Assembly (NCBI RefSeq): GCF_018350175.1
Contig: NC_058368.1
Coordinates: 194,992,001-195,056,000, forward strand
Reading direction: 5' to 3'
DNA: 64,000 bases
Source of the DNA: Felis catus
Lineage: Eukaryota
Position 1 is the first letter of the stretch; the number at the start of each line of letters is the position of its first letter. Of this stretch, positions 9,860-23,600 are shown in pieces. The notes under the pieces are model-generated. The model was not told the DNA's origin, searched no databases, and saw only the letters and a program-made list of their open reading frames with translations. The position numbers were made by a program, and so were the translations under genes.

Positions 9860-11770
9860 GGAATCAGCTTTCTTATTGAGGATCTCTTGTACATGATGAG
9901 TTGCGTCTGTCTTGTGGCTTTCAAGATTCTTTGTCTTCTGACAGTTTGTGAAGTGTGCAGGCGTGGATCCCTTTGAGTTTATTTTGCTTGAAGTTCATGA
10001 ACTTCTTAGACGTGTACATTAGTGTTTTTCTTCAAATTTGGGGAAATTTTGGCCATTACTTCAAATATTCTTTCTGCTTCTTTCTCTCCTCTCCTTCAGG
10101 CACACTCATTAGACACATGTTAGTATACTTAATGGTTCCTCACAGATCTCTGAGTCTCTTTTCATTCTTCTTCATTCTGTCCCTCAGACAAGATAACCTC
10201 AAGCTCATGGAATCTTTCTTCTGTCTGCTCAAATATGCTATTTATCCTCTCTAGTGAACTCCTCAGTTCAGCTCTTTAATTTTCAACTCCAGAATTCCTA
10301 TTTTCTTCTTTTTATCATTTCTATCTCACGTTCTATGTGGTGAGATTTTGTTCTCATGCTTTTCTTTAGTCTTTTATACTAAAGGTTTAAGCTAAAGGTT
10401 TCCTTTAGCTCTTAGAACATGCTGAAAATAACTGATTTAAAGCTTTGATTAAGTCCAACATTTGGGCTTCCCCAGGGGCAGCTTCTTTTGACCGCCTTTT
10501 TTTTTTTTTTCCTATGGATGGACCTGTCTTAGTCAATTCAGGCTGCTGTAACAAAGTACCAGAGACTGGGTGGCTTATAAATAACAGAAATGTATTTCTC
10601 TCAGTTCTGGAGCCTGGAAGTCAGGTGCCAGCATGGCAGGGCTCTGGTGAGGACCTTCGTCCAGTTGCAAACTGCCAGCTTATTATTATATCCTCACGTG
10701 GTGGAAAGAGATCTAGCTATCTGGCCTCTTTTGAAAAAGTCACTAATCCCTTTACGAGGGCTCCATTCTTATGATCTAATTACTTCCCAAAGGCCCCACC
10801 TCCAAATATCATCACATTAGAATTAGGATTTCAACCTATGACAGGGAGACGGGACACAAACATCTAGTCCACTGCAAGGCTAGCCTTTACTTCTTTGCGT
10901 ATCTTATAATTTAGGGTTGAAAATTACACACTTAACATAATGTGATGTGGCATCTGTGAAAATCAGATTGCGCTCCCTCCTCAGGATTTGTTGTTTTTGC
11001 TGTTTGTTTAGTAACTTTTGTGAACCAATTCTGTAACATCTGTATTCTTTGTTGTGTGGGGCCACTGAAGTCTCTGCTCAGTTAGCTTGGCCATTACCTA
11101 AAATTGGACAGAAATTTCCTTAAATGCCTGGAACCTATAAATCTCCTGGCCTTTTCCTAGGGGCTGTACATATATATTCGAACACACCTTCATCACTCAG
11201 CCAGGCAGTTTACAGTTTTGCCTTACCCTTCACTTGCAGCTTGCTCAGTGTGTCAAGGTTAGCCAGAGTTGAGAGCTAAGGGGCCTTCCCAGTCAGGTCT
11301 TCCCTGAGTACCCACACAGGCCTGTGCATGCACACAGATTCCCATGTATATGTCAGAGCTTTTTCTAAAGCTCCCGTGGACATCGCATTCCCAGATTTTC
11401 CTTTTAAGCTTTTTGATCAACCTATTGTTTGCCTGAACTGTTACCTACTACCTCAGGAGGATGTGATGTTCAACAATTGCCACTGACTCTTTTCAACAAA
11501 TGCCCCCAGGGAAAAGGCCGTTCACACTGGGCCAGTTCCAAGTCAGCTCAAATAAAAGACTGCCTAGTGAGTGAGGTCTTTCAGTGAACCACAAGACAGG
11601 TCAAATAATGACAGTTCTCTGGGAATGAAGCTTTAAAGAAGCTCTAACTCTGTTCTGCCCCGGCCACTGATTGCCTGGATACTGGTTTTCACTGTGCTTG
11701 CAGGCTGTTGGTTTTCAAGTCTAGCACAGAGCTGGGAATAGGAGGATGCGAATATGGCAAGTTGAAACAC
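9860..11770 (-). mobile_element. Old L1M ORF1/5' region, antisense
   Basis: 'gctttcaagattctttgtct', 'caaatttggggaaattttggccatt' and 'ttttcaactccagaatt' motifs. Confidence 0.65.
10524..10877. mobile_element. MaLR solo LTR (MLT1-like)
   Basis: TGTCTTAGTC...ggctgctgtaacaaagtacc...gggtggcttataaataacagaaat...cttcccaaaggccccacctccaaatatcatcacatt...CA. Confidence 0.85.
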
Positions 11771-11778
11771 CACAAGGC

Positions 11779-12285
11779 CCCAAGAGAAATAAATACACAT
11801 GTCCACACAAAAACTTGTACATAGATGTTCATAGCAGCATTATTCATAGTAGCCAAAAGGTAGACACAACCCTAATGTCCATCAACTGATGACTGGATCA
11901 ACAAAACGTAGTATATCCATACAAGGAGATATTATTTGGCCATAAAAAAGAATGAAATATGCTACAACATGGATGAATCTTGAAAACATTATGCTAAGTA
12001 AAAGGAGCTAGTCATAAAAGACCACATGGTGTATGATTCCATTTATATGAAACGTCCGGAAGGGGGAAATCTGTAGAAACAAAAAGTAGATTAATGGTTG
12101 CTTAGGACTGGGGGGAGAGGACTTGGAGGAGTAGGGGAAAGAATGATGGCTAAAAGGTATTAGGTTTCTTTTAGAGGTGCTGAAAATATTCCAAAAGTGA
12201 CCGTGATGATGGTGGCACATATCTGGAATGTATTAAAAACGATTGAAATACACACTGTAAGTGTGTAATATCTCAATGAAGCTGT
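11779..12285 (+). mobile_element. Old L1 (L1MB-like) 3' end
   Basis: 'gtccacacaaaaacttgtac...gttcatagcagcattattcat...aaacattatgctaagt...gtatgattccatttatatgaa'. Confidence 0.85.
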
Positions 12286-12489
12286 TTTCTTTTTTTTTTT
12301 TTTTTAATGCCACCAAGTTTGATGCTCTTGCTGGCATTCAGCTGACTTTTTAAGTAAATGCTTTCAAGACTGCTGTTAGCCTTTGGTTAAGAGGGCTTCT
12401 GAGAAAGTTGATTCTGACCATTTTTGCTGTTGTCCTTGTTGCTTTTATAGAGGAGAGTGTTTTTGAAGATCTTACCCTGTCGCTTTTGC

Positions 12490-12635
12490 TAACATCCTCT
12501 GTTTACTTTTAATGTTAGGTACACCGTTCTGTTCCTATCACCCTTAGCTAAACACAACATTCCGTTTCGCTCAGCGATGATGCTCGATACACCATCCTCC
12601 TCTCTCCTCTCTCTAGTACTCGTCTAGGTACCATA
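12490..12635. repeat. Degenerate ~35-bp tandem array, block D
   Basis: 'gctaaacacaacattccgtttcgctcagcgatgatgctcgatacacc' resembles the units in blocks A-C. Confidence 0.5.
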
Positions 12636-12772
12636 TTTTATTTTCTCCAATGTTTCATGCCGTCTTCCTGATGCATTTTTCTTCTCTTTTCCTCTGCACC
12701 TTCCTAATACCCCAGCTGAGGAAGGGGATAGCAGTGGGTAACGGCAGAGTTACTGAGAAGCAGAAATACTGA

Positions 12773-12997
<225 letters not shown>

Positions 12998-14553
12998 TAA
13001 GGAGGGACGGCTGGTGATAAACACAAGAGTTTCAGGCAGCCTTGTCTCATGATAGTTGTTTCGCTGGACCATCCTTCTCAGGGGGTAAGGCAGACACAAA
13101 ATAGGGATTAAACTCCTGGAAGCCCTAACTTCCCCTCCCGTAAACAATGCCTTGATTGAGTCTGTGGGCAAGTTATTCTTCTAATCGTAATAACAGTATA
13201 GAAGACAGAACTGATGGAACACTGATGGGGTTACGATAATAACTGGCTGTGACCTTGAAGCTTGGCAGGCTAAAAGATGATTATTGGTGCCTTCTTCAAG
13301 GCTGCATTATTTCCAGGGGTTTGGTTTCAGATGGAATTGCACCACAAAAGGTTAAGATCTTTGAGTAGAATGTCCAGGTGCCAGGCCTTTGCTTCCTACT
13401 TCCAAGAAAGGGGCATCGAGCAAAATGCTCCCCCAAAGTGGGTTCTCTCACTTTATGACAGCTTGAATAAAGAAATGCTTGGCAGGCCATCTCTGCAAAG
13501 TCACCAGCCTCTGCCAACTCAGAGACTGTGTCCCAAAACCAGCAAAGGCCATTGGGGAGTGTGCAGTCTCTGGGAGCAAACTGGCTGCATACCTTGGTCT
13601 AGAACTACTTTTCCAAAAGAAGTTTCCCATGGAGATCAGAAAACCTACTTTTCTCTCCAGCCTCATCTTTACACTGCTTTCGCCTTTTTTCTCTGAGCAC
13701 CAACCACCCTAGTTTTTCCCTAGTTGCTCAAGCATTTACCTGGGACTTATTCTCTCCGGAAATGCCCTCCCAGCGCACTTTGCTTAATGTTAACCAAGCG
13801 CTCGCTTTCCAGCTCTCAGCCGAGGCATCTTCCCCGAAACCTGAGTCAAAGTCAAGGTCCTGTATTGAAGTTCTCATGCAACAGTCGAGTATGGCAGCAC
13901 AGATTGTATCCTACACGGGCCCCTAGGCCACGAGGCACTTTTCTCTGAAGTCCTGCCTCAGTATGGACTGAACAAATGGACAAATGGATAAACTAAAGAA
14001 CCAAGAGGAGCCTTTCCAGTCAGAAAGCCTACCAAGAAGTGTTTCCAGCAACAGATTAGGGCGAACACTATGAGCTGTCAGGCCACACCACAAACCTGCC
14101 GCACACCAAGGCCCTCCAAGTTTCAGACTGACCCACTTCGAATAGCTGTCTACTCAGCTACAATGTGCTGTGGCAGAGGACTCTGTTTCTTTATCACTGT
14201 TTGGTACGTGACTTCAAGCTAGCCTTTTTTCTGGGCCCGTTTTCTCCATCTGTAAAATGGACCAAATTGGCACGATTGGGGACTGTGGTGAGGATTAAAT
14301 CAGATTGCAAAGCAGCTTTAAGTTTTTGTTCCTGCCACACAAATGCCAGGGAATACTGATTACACATGCACAGGTTTCCATCAGTATGTTTCTTGAGCAT
14401 CAGCAATCTGATTCAATTAACTTCTAGCAGGTTACCATAGGCAGGAGGTAGACGTTTCAAGACAGAAGATGTCCGTGGGAGTTAAGGTATAACCACCCTT
14501 TTAACTCCACATTAGAAGAGAAAACTATCTTATGTGCAGTAAGCCAGACAGGA

Positions 14554-14555
14554 TT

Positions 14556-14607
<52 letters not shown>

Positions 14608-14804
14608 TTTTTAAGTTTATTTATATTGAGAAAGAAAGTGAGCCTGAGCAGGGAAGGGGCAGAGAGAGAGAGGGAACAAAATCCCAAGCAGGCTCCATAC
14701 AATCAGCACAGAGCCCAATGCAGGGCTCAAACCCACAGACTGTGAGATTCTGACCTGGGCCAAAATCAAGAGTCACTTAACCAACTGAGCCACTGAGGCA
14801 CCCC
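14554..14804 (-). mobile_element. CAN-SINE with a (GAAA)n tail
   Basis: Reverse-complement SINE ending 'ggcacccc'; (CTTT)n at 14554-14606; flanking repeat AGGATTTCTTT. Confidence 0.9.
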
Positions 14805-16894
14805 AGTAGGATTTCTTTAAAGACCTCTAGTCTTAGTCCTTACTGCTCATTGGATACTGAGCCCCTGACTATTACACTAATCTAAGCAAGAACTGGCCAA
14901 ACACAACTATCTTTGGAATTTATTATTTTTCCTGGCTAACTGCTTTTTGCATTTTCCTCTGCTAAAAGAGGGTTAATACATTTGTTGAAGAGACACTTAT
15001 TTGGGGAGACTATGTCTGAAATATTTGACTAGCTCCAGGCCACTAGACTATGCATGGCACAACCCCAGGGGGCAGTTTGCACATAGACTAAAGTGTAAAT
15101 GGAGCCCCCTGCAGATATGTAGCATGACAGGCCTGGAGGACCTCCAAAGGCTGCCTCTGCTCTCACCAAATCCTTACCAGTCGTACACACTAGAGGAAAA
15201 CAAAACTTTCTCTTGGGTCGGGGGAAGTGTAAATAAAGCCACAATCAGATTTGATCAGATAACCCTGCTCAGTTCCTTCCTCATTCTCTCACAGCTTGTT
15301 AGTGCTAGAAGAGCCTTAGAGGGCATCTTGTCCACTCTTCCCATGCAAATGACAACAGTGAGGAGGGGCAAAGTGATCACTAGGATCACAGAGGCACTGG
15401 TGGCAAAAGCAGGGTAGGTGCTGAAGATCCCATGGCTTTTCTCAAAAATACTGACCACACACAGTATTCATCAATGGTTTCCATCCCGAAGTGGATAAAA
15501 TAGCCCTGTATTTATTAGATGACAAATAAGAACTAAGACTTACCCAAAGGCAGAGGTCAAAAACCAGTAGCCAGAGATCAAATTCAACATGCAACTGTCC
15601 CTAATTTCACTAGCAGTGTCTTAAAAGTCTAGAATAAGGGGCCAGCATTTAAAAATCACACTTCTATCTTCAGTCGAAAAGTCACAGCCTCTGATCCCAC
15701 TGCAGTCCCATCCCACCTCATACTGGGGCACAGGAACTGCCGTTAGGTAGGGAACACATTCTCCATTTTGCCACGGTCCCTTCTGACCAGAGATTTTTTT
15801 CAGCTCTGGTTCATTTCTTCCCTTACATTTCTCCTGCGTGGCCCCTGTGTGTGGTTGAATCAGTGTGACCTTGTTCCTAAGGGCTCTGAAATTGACTCAA
15901 ATGTCAGAAACTACAAGGATGCAGAACTGGGCTCACCACAGAGCAGCGCTTCCTCTGGAGTAATCCCCTCTGGATGTGGCTTGTACGTTGGCAATGTACG
16001 AGCCTGGGCTGCAGAAACCTCCCTTCAGCCGGATGTTTGCAGAGGGGGTTTTCAGCCCCAGATGGTGAGTGAAAAGGAGCTAGCTCCATGCCTGAGTTTC
16101 TCAGAGCCTGTGATCTTGGCCGGGCTCCTCAACTCCCACCATCCTCCCATGTTACCTCATTTGTTGGGCACAAAGCATCTGGTCCTCAAATTCCCTGGCC
16201 GGCCTCATTAGTCAGATTATTAGGAAACCTGCGAGCCCGGCTGGGCAGCCACACTCCCAACCTCCCTGGGTTCTAGATCACACCTGCTGGATTTCCCCTG
16301 CTCCATCCCCAAGCTTTCATTTCCTGCCATCTGCTGGGGAGAACAGGAATAGCAAGCCTTTCTCCAGTCATTCCCAGGGAATTTCCTTTCTCCGGGCTAC
16401 AATGTGAAATTGATGATCATCTAACTAGATGGGGCCTCCAGGCCACACCCCCACCCCTTCCACTCCTATGTTTAATTGATGAGGAAGGCAGAGAATAATT
16501 TGCCCAAAGCTGTATATAAAATTAATTTGGTGCTTCCCCTGCATAACTAGAGCCCAGTGAGAAAACACTTTCAAGCACCCTATCCTGCGGCAAGGGCAGA
16601 TTTACACTGATAAGCAATAGAGTTGGGTATCCCTTCCAGGCACTGGGTCCAGTAATTTGGCCAGTTCCCCCAACTCCTTTCCTTGGCCCTGCCACAAACA
16701 CCCTATAGTCAGTCGCCCTACTCACAGACAAAAATTTATTGAGATCTATTTGCTAGGCACTATACATGTTCTTTCCCATTTCCGCAGTGAGGGTGTTGGA
16801 CCAGATTCATCCATTTGCCAAAGATTTCTTGAGCATTTTTCATGTCTCAAATCCTCCTAAGTGCTAGGAATAAAATCCCATTTTAAAAAGGGTG

Positions 16895-17111
16895 GGGGAG
16901 CACCTGGGTGGCTCAGGCGGTTAAGCATCTGACTTCGGCTCAGGTCATGATCTCACAGTTTGTGGGTCTGAGCCCCGCATCAGGCTCTGTGCTGACAGTT
17001 CAGAGCCTGGAGCCTGCTTTGGATTCTGTGTCTCCCTCTCTCTCTTCCCCTCCCCTGCTTGCGCTCTCTCTGTCTCTCAAAAATAAATAAATGTTAAAAT
17101 TTTTTTTTAAA
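16895..17111 (+). mobile_element. SINEC_Fc
   Basis: Head 'gcacctgggtggctcaggcggttaagc', 'cagagcctggagcctg' and A/T tail. Confidence 0.92.
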
Positions 17112-17319
17112 AAAAAGGGAAGCTAGGAGTAGTGAAGCTATACTGGTAAACATTTACTTATTCAACAAATATTTGCTGAGTTTTGAGCTTATGTTCAGGA
17201 ACTCTTCATATGTTCAGTGTTGCAGGTACAATGAACATGAATAAGACTGCCTTCATGGAGCTTAGAGTCTAATGGGAGGACAGCCATTAATCAAGAGCTT
17301 TAAAAAAATAGAGAGGGAT

Positions 17320-17529
17320 GGGGCTCCTGGGTGGCTCAGGCGGTTAAGCATGCAACTTCAACTCAGGTCATGATCTCACGGTTTGGGAGTTCAAGCTCTG
17401 TGTCAGGCTCTGTGCTGACAACTCAGAGCCTGGAGCCTGCTTCAGATCCCGTCTCCCTCCCTCTGCCCCTCCCCTGCTCACACTCCGTCTCTATCAAAAA
17501 TAAGTAAACATTAAAAAAAAATTTTTTTT
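17320..17529 (+). mobile_element. SINEC_Fc within an L2-like remnant
   Basis: TSD AATAGAGAGGGAT at 17307-17319 and 17530-17542. Confidence 0.93.
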
Positions 17530-17907
17530 AATAGAGAGGGATGTACAGGGAGCTATGGAGCACACAGCAGGGACACCTAGTCTATCCTTGCCCTCAGGGA
17601 AGGCTTCTGAGTCAGACATTAGTTCAGTGGAAGAGGAGTCAGGAGCAGAGGTGGGGGTAGGAGCATGTTCCAAGGAAGAGAGAACAACTTGAGCAGAGGC
17701 CCAGAGTTAAAAAGAAGGAACATGACCCTTTTGAATATATGTAAACATTTCAGGGTCACTGGTGTACAGAATGCCAGATGGAGGATGATGCAAGATGAGA
17801 TGACGCTGGAGAGGCAGGCAGGGTTCGGGTCATCTACAGTCTTGTTTCCCATGCAAGGATTTTAATCATCCTGAAGCCAGTGGCAGCACATTAAAAAGTT
17901 CAAGCGA

Positions 17908-18110
17908 GGGACACCTGGGTGGCTCAGTCGGTTGAGTAAGCGTCTGACTTTGGCTCAGGTCAAGCTCCCATGGTTTGTGAGTTCCAGCCCCACACCAGGC
18001 TCTGTGTGGACAGCTCGGAGCCTGAAGCCTGCTTCAGCTTCTGTGTCTTCCTCTCTCTCTGCCCTCCCCGGCTCGCACTCTCCCTCTATCAGAAATAAAT
18101 ATTTTTAAAA
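17908..18110 (+). mobile_element. SINEC_Fc
   Basis: Typical head and body; imperfect TSD AG(T/C)TCAAGCGA. Confidence 0.9.
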
Positions 18111-19386
18111 AACAGCTCAAGCGAAAGATGACCAATCAGATCTGTGTTATGACAACTCAGGTGGCTTGGGAGGGCCAGACCGGAGGCGGTAGGAAGACCG
18201 GGCTGGAAGTCATCGCAACAAGCTTGTCTGGTGGCCCACGCGAGCTTGGCAAGAGCTGAGCCGGACAGGGGTTCTTATGCTGTGTTTCCTGCTGTCTGCC
18301 AGCCCTGTCCTGCACAGGAACAAACAGAAGACAGACTTTCTTCTCTAGAAGCCCTCACTACCTAGGAGGGCAACGTGAGCTGGTAAAAATTCCCCAGAGC
18401 CACACGCTGAATCAACAGCTCCGCTGAGACTCTCAGTGCCACCCCAGAGCTCACACGGGAAGATAACGAAGCCAGACATGATGCAAGCGGACAACAGTGT
18501 CTCCATGAGTCAGATCAGGAAAAGATCCCCGTGAGCTGGGAAAGGGAGAAATTAGAAGAATAAGGGCAGCAGGCATGTTGGTGGTGAGCATAAGGCAGGG
18601 AGGGAGAAATGCACAAGGGATGGCTGGCAAAGGGCAACCCAACTGGCAGGTGTGCAAAGCAGAAGGTAAGGGGAGGGGCAAAAGCCTGTAAGGTAAGTTG
18701 GAGCCGATCGATGAAGGGCTTTGAACAATAACTGAACCCGGAGGTATGTCTGAGGTCACAACTGCCAGGGACGTGGGAACATGGAGGCAGAAAGGAGCTG
18801 CGGCTTCCCCGGCTCGTGAAAAGGAAGTAAGGCTCTTGCTGTCTCCCGGGCCATCCGCCCCCTCCCCCCCAACCCACTCGAGGAAACATCACCTGGGGGA
18901 TGGGGTGGGTAAAGAGGGCAAGGAGGCAACAGAGGCAAAGCAGGGGATCTCTCCAAATTGTCTCCTCGATTTCTAACCAAACAGCATTCAGAGTATCTGC
19001 TCATCTGTAATCTCTGATGGTCAAAAGAACCTTTTGATGTAGCGGGGTGAATCTTCTCCCCCACTTATAGGAAAATATGAAATAAAAAACCCCGAGACTC
19101 TAATAAAGAAGTGACTTGCCTCAGGTCACACAGCCAGCAAGTGACAGAGCCAAGACTTGAACACAGGTGTCCAGACTCTATGCCACATTCCTATCCCCTG
19201 GTTTGTATCTGTTTCAGCAAGCAAGCGGCGCCCCTCTATAAGGCATTACTCCCCAGCCAGCCTGAAAGCCTTCAGAAACCTGGAATGGTAGAGTCCAAGA
19301 GGCAGGGAGAACCAGATGGGCAAGGCCAGGCCCCCAGGGGAGTGCCTTGCAGGGAGGGTGCCCAGCCCCTGTCTTATTTTAAGTAG

Positions 19387-19701
<315 letters not shown>

Positions 19702-22700
19702 CGGGTCTGGGATGGGGCGGGAGTGGGGGAGGCTGGGAGAGGGCAGAATGGAAATAGCACAGGAATCTGAGAGCCTAAGGAAGAGAAGGGGAAGAGAGGA
19801 AGGGGGCACACATACACAACTCCCTCTTTCTCTGAAAAATGTGCAATAGCAAAATGCAGTGATGCATGAATCTTAGAATGTGGCACTATCTATTTAACCT
19901 CGGGTGGGCTGGTGGGGGGGGGGAGGGAGGGGCTTTTCTAATACAGGAGCAGAGGGGTCTGGAGGAAGGGGAGGGGTGGGTGGGGGTTAGGGAGTGAGGA
20001 AAAACAGCTTTCAAAAACTTGAGTCCACGGGCTGTGCAGTTTTCCTATTTGGAAGGAGAGTGCAGTCTGCCCCAGAGCAGAAGGAAAGCCATGTAATATA
20101 TGATATATATTCATGCTTAATATTAATGCAAAATCACAAGAACAAAGGATTTGTTTCTTAACCTATCAGCCTAGTAACTGCTTAAGTTTTTCAAGTCACA
20201 GAAGTGATGGACAATTTTTCCCAGAGTGGAAACAGTCACAAATAAGCTTTTGCCCTGGTGTGTGTCCTATACCATGGCCTTCCAAATGCCATGCCTGTTT
20301 TCACACTGGCCTGGGTGGACACATGCCAAAAAGGCAGTCCACCTCTGCTTCAAGAGGGTTGTGCAGCCTGGGCATGGGCAGTGGAAATGGGGCAAAGTGG
20401 AGAGAAGAGAGGGAATGACTAAGGAGATGGGGCGTTTTCAGAGGCCCAAGGATTGATAATCAAGAGAACTGCACCTCAATCCTCACGTCTCAAGGCTAAG
20501 GACCACACCCGCCCCTCTCTGAGCCCCTCTCGCTTCTGTGCTTCAACACCCACCCCACTTACCCTCCACTGCCACCCAGAGATGGCTGCCATGGTTTCTC
20601 ATTATATTGCCAATATGCAATCTTTTTTATGGTGACAAAAAAAAGTAATAATCTCAAGAAATAATATGCAGATAGACTGAGTATAAACCGATGCACTTTT
20701 TTCAAATGTCTATTTTTTTGGAGAGTCTCTTTGGAATTGCAAGTGGGTATATATTTGGGAAGATGGGGTCAGTGGGATGAAATGGACTTCTTACAGAGCG
20801 GTTCTACAGAGTGAAGTTTTAAGAGGTGAAAGGGTAGTAACGAGGCTGCCACAGCTGAGATATATACGGGTGGAAAGAGATGGTATGTTCAGAAAGTCTG
20901 TTCATTATATTTTGACATTTCCTATGCCACAACAAATGTGGGAAGCATGGGGAGATGACCCCATTATATTTTTATAAGTCTTTTGTTTGTTTTCCTTTTT
21001 GGTGCTTTGCTTAGCTTTAACATTTAGGCAAGTTAGACAAATATTTCTTTCCCTCTAACTCTGACGTGCCAGAACTATCCCAGGTTGGCTAGGGTACTCC
21101 AGGAAAAAAAAAAAAAAAGGAGAGGGATTAGGAAATGAATCGTGAAGGGTGGGGGACCCTGCTGAAGGACACAGAGGCTCACAGTTGGGAAGTCTGCAAT
21201 GTGGACCATGGGATTAAAGACAGGAGTTGCCTCCAGTAGCCTCTGTCCTCTCTGCCAACAACGCCACGCCTGTAATGATGGCACGACTCTCTGGGGCATG
21301 CTTCCCACTGTGGCCTGTGACCAGTGTCCTGGGGTACATTTCTTCCTTTGCACTTCAGTGTCTTGGCTTTGAATCAAAGTAGCGGTAGATGGTGGGATAC
21401 AGTGGCCAATCGGTTTGCCCTGAGGCTTGGGGTTTTATATGTGTCTTTCAAGTATCCCCAGTGTGGGGCAGGAGAGAGGGGAGACGTTGGGAGCCTAACT
21501 CTTCCCTAAAGCCCCTTCTTCCGGAGAAACTTCTCCCATTTCCTGTGGCACAATTGCTAATACCTCTAGAAGCCCTCCCCACACACCAGCCCCCCACCCC
21601 AGAAAAGCAAGTCAAGACAGTGATCTAAGGTGTTTAGGTAAAGAAAACGCACTAAGCAGCCAAAAAAGGATCTGGCTTTGAGCCTTGAATGATCAAACTG
21701 TTTACATCCAGGTTCAAGGTTTGTAAGTCATTGCCTTCCTTTCTCTTGGCCTGTGTAGACCAGGAAGTTAAATTGTATTCTAGCCTTGGATGATGTGGGA
21801 TGGAACCCGGCTCCTGAGGGATGGGAGCCATGTGGGTAGGAATCTCTCTTCTAAGACTATCCTGTTATCCTTTTCCCAACCACAAACTGTCTAAAGGAGG
21901 AAAAGGGAACCAGAGGGATTTGAACAAGTACAACCAGTTCAAGACTGGAATATCAGTGTTTGAACTGCTATCAGCACTATGTTCACTTTATTTAAGGGAG
22001 GGAATCCTCAGCCCTGCAGTGATTCGTGAGTCGCTGGAGAGGCTATTTACCCCTTTTACTAGCATTTTACTCACTTTATTTAAGGGGAAAATCATTTTTT
22101 TCATTAAAAAAAACTTAAGAAGCCCTTTTCCCTAGTTCGCTCATGACGGGACTAAATTCAGAACGTCTTGAAGTCTAGGTGATCCGGCAGCGAAGGCATC
22201 AGGCCTCTATCAGGGACTAAAGACAGTATCAATTGTTCCAAGGCATTCTGCCTCTGCTTGAATGGCAATATCTACAGATTTCAAACTGGGCTCCTTGTAT
22301 GAGGTGTCTGGAATCTCTCCGAAACAAAGACATCACTGGGCTGTTTGCCCAACCTCTGCTGGGTCCTTGAACTTCTGCCACCATATTCAACCAGTGGCCC
22401 CACTGGGAATGGCCAGGTCTAGTTGACAAGATCTAGCAGACAATAGAATCATCCTTTTGAGACACAGAGGGGGAATGTCGCTGAAATCTTCTCTCCGACT
22501 GTTCCAAATTTGGTATCCCTCATAGAGAATAAATGTGAGTGAATGCATTACAGCAGTGAAAGGAAGAACCTGAATTTTAGTTCTAGCACTAATACATTGG
22601 GGAAACTTGGATAAATGCTTTAGCTTTAGTTCCTCTACAAACACAGTGGGGAAAGGGGTATAAACCTCTAACCCCTTCTAGCTCTAACTGTTCTGTGTGC

Positions 22701-23528
22701 TTGAACCGATCTATGGGAGGTTTACACAACGAAAGGCTTAATGCCGCTTTCATTTCCGAACCCTCTCAATAGATCTAGATAGATCCACACATACATGGAT
22801 CCACACAATCCTCATGGCCTTTCTTCTTTGGGAAATTTGTGGAATCGTTTTTCCTTTCGCTCCACTTTATCAAAGATGAGCAGTGGCGGGAAAAGAACGT
22901 CCATCATTGTAAAGTCAAAAATACCCTCATGAATTAGAATGGAGCATGCTCAAAGAGAAGGCATTGTCATTAGTGTATGATGTAGTGAGGATTTAGCAAT
23001 AAACTACATGGATTTTATCATTATAAAAAAATCAAACTAGATAATTTAGGCCAAAAACGTTTTGTAGGTGGCTCCAAGAAATAGGACAATACTTTCTCAA
23101 TTTCCTCTTCAGTCTGTACACAGAGGATATCATACCTTGGGACCACATACACCAAATGCTATGGTAGGGGGAAAACTGACTAAGGTATAATGGGTGGCTT
23201 ACTGGTCTTCCAACCTCTACATGGTTAGACCAGTATTTATGCATGGAGGTAGAACTAGACAGGGCATAGAGCGGATGGTGATTTGCCGCACCTCCAAAAC
23301 TGCAGCTATTCCTAGGAATCCAATTTGAGAAATATCAATTAAGCAGACAGATAATAATGCCAGTAACTTCTCACCTTAGTCTACAACTTACCTTGATTAG
23401 TTTCAAGAGCAGCCAAAAGAAATGGCTCATCTCTGCCAACCTCTGGTCTTTTCAAACTTTCAAGAGTCCGTGCTGGGCTAAGGCTATAGAGAGTAACCCA
23501 AGGACAGGAGTGAATATAAAGATGTGGT

Positions 23529-23531
<3 letters not shown>

Positions 23532-23597
<66 letters not shown>

Positions 23598-23600
23598 GAG
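23532..23600. repeat. (GT)n(GA)n compound microsatellite
   Basis: Directly visible. Confidence 0.97.

Noticed and set aside
16908..17090. Recurring MAQ..K..TSAQVMIS ORFs (also 44166, 59062 and others) and tRNA-like heads
   Set aside because: Translations of CAN-SINE bodies; they are neither genes nor functional tRNAs.
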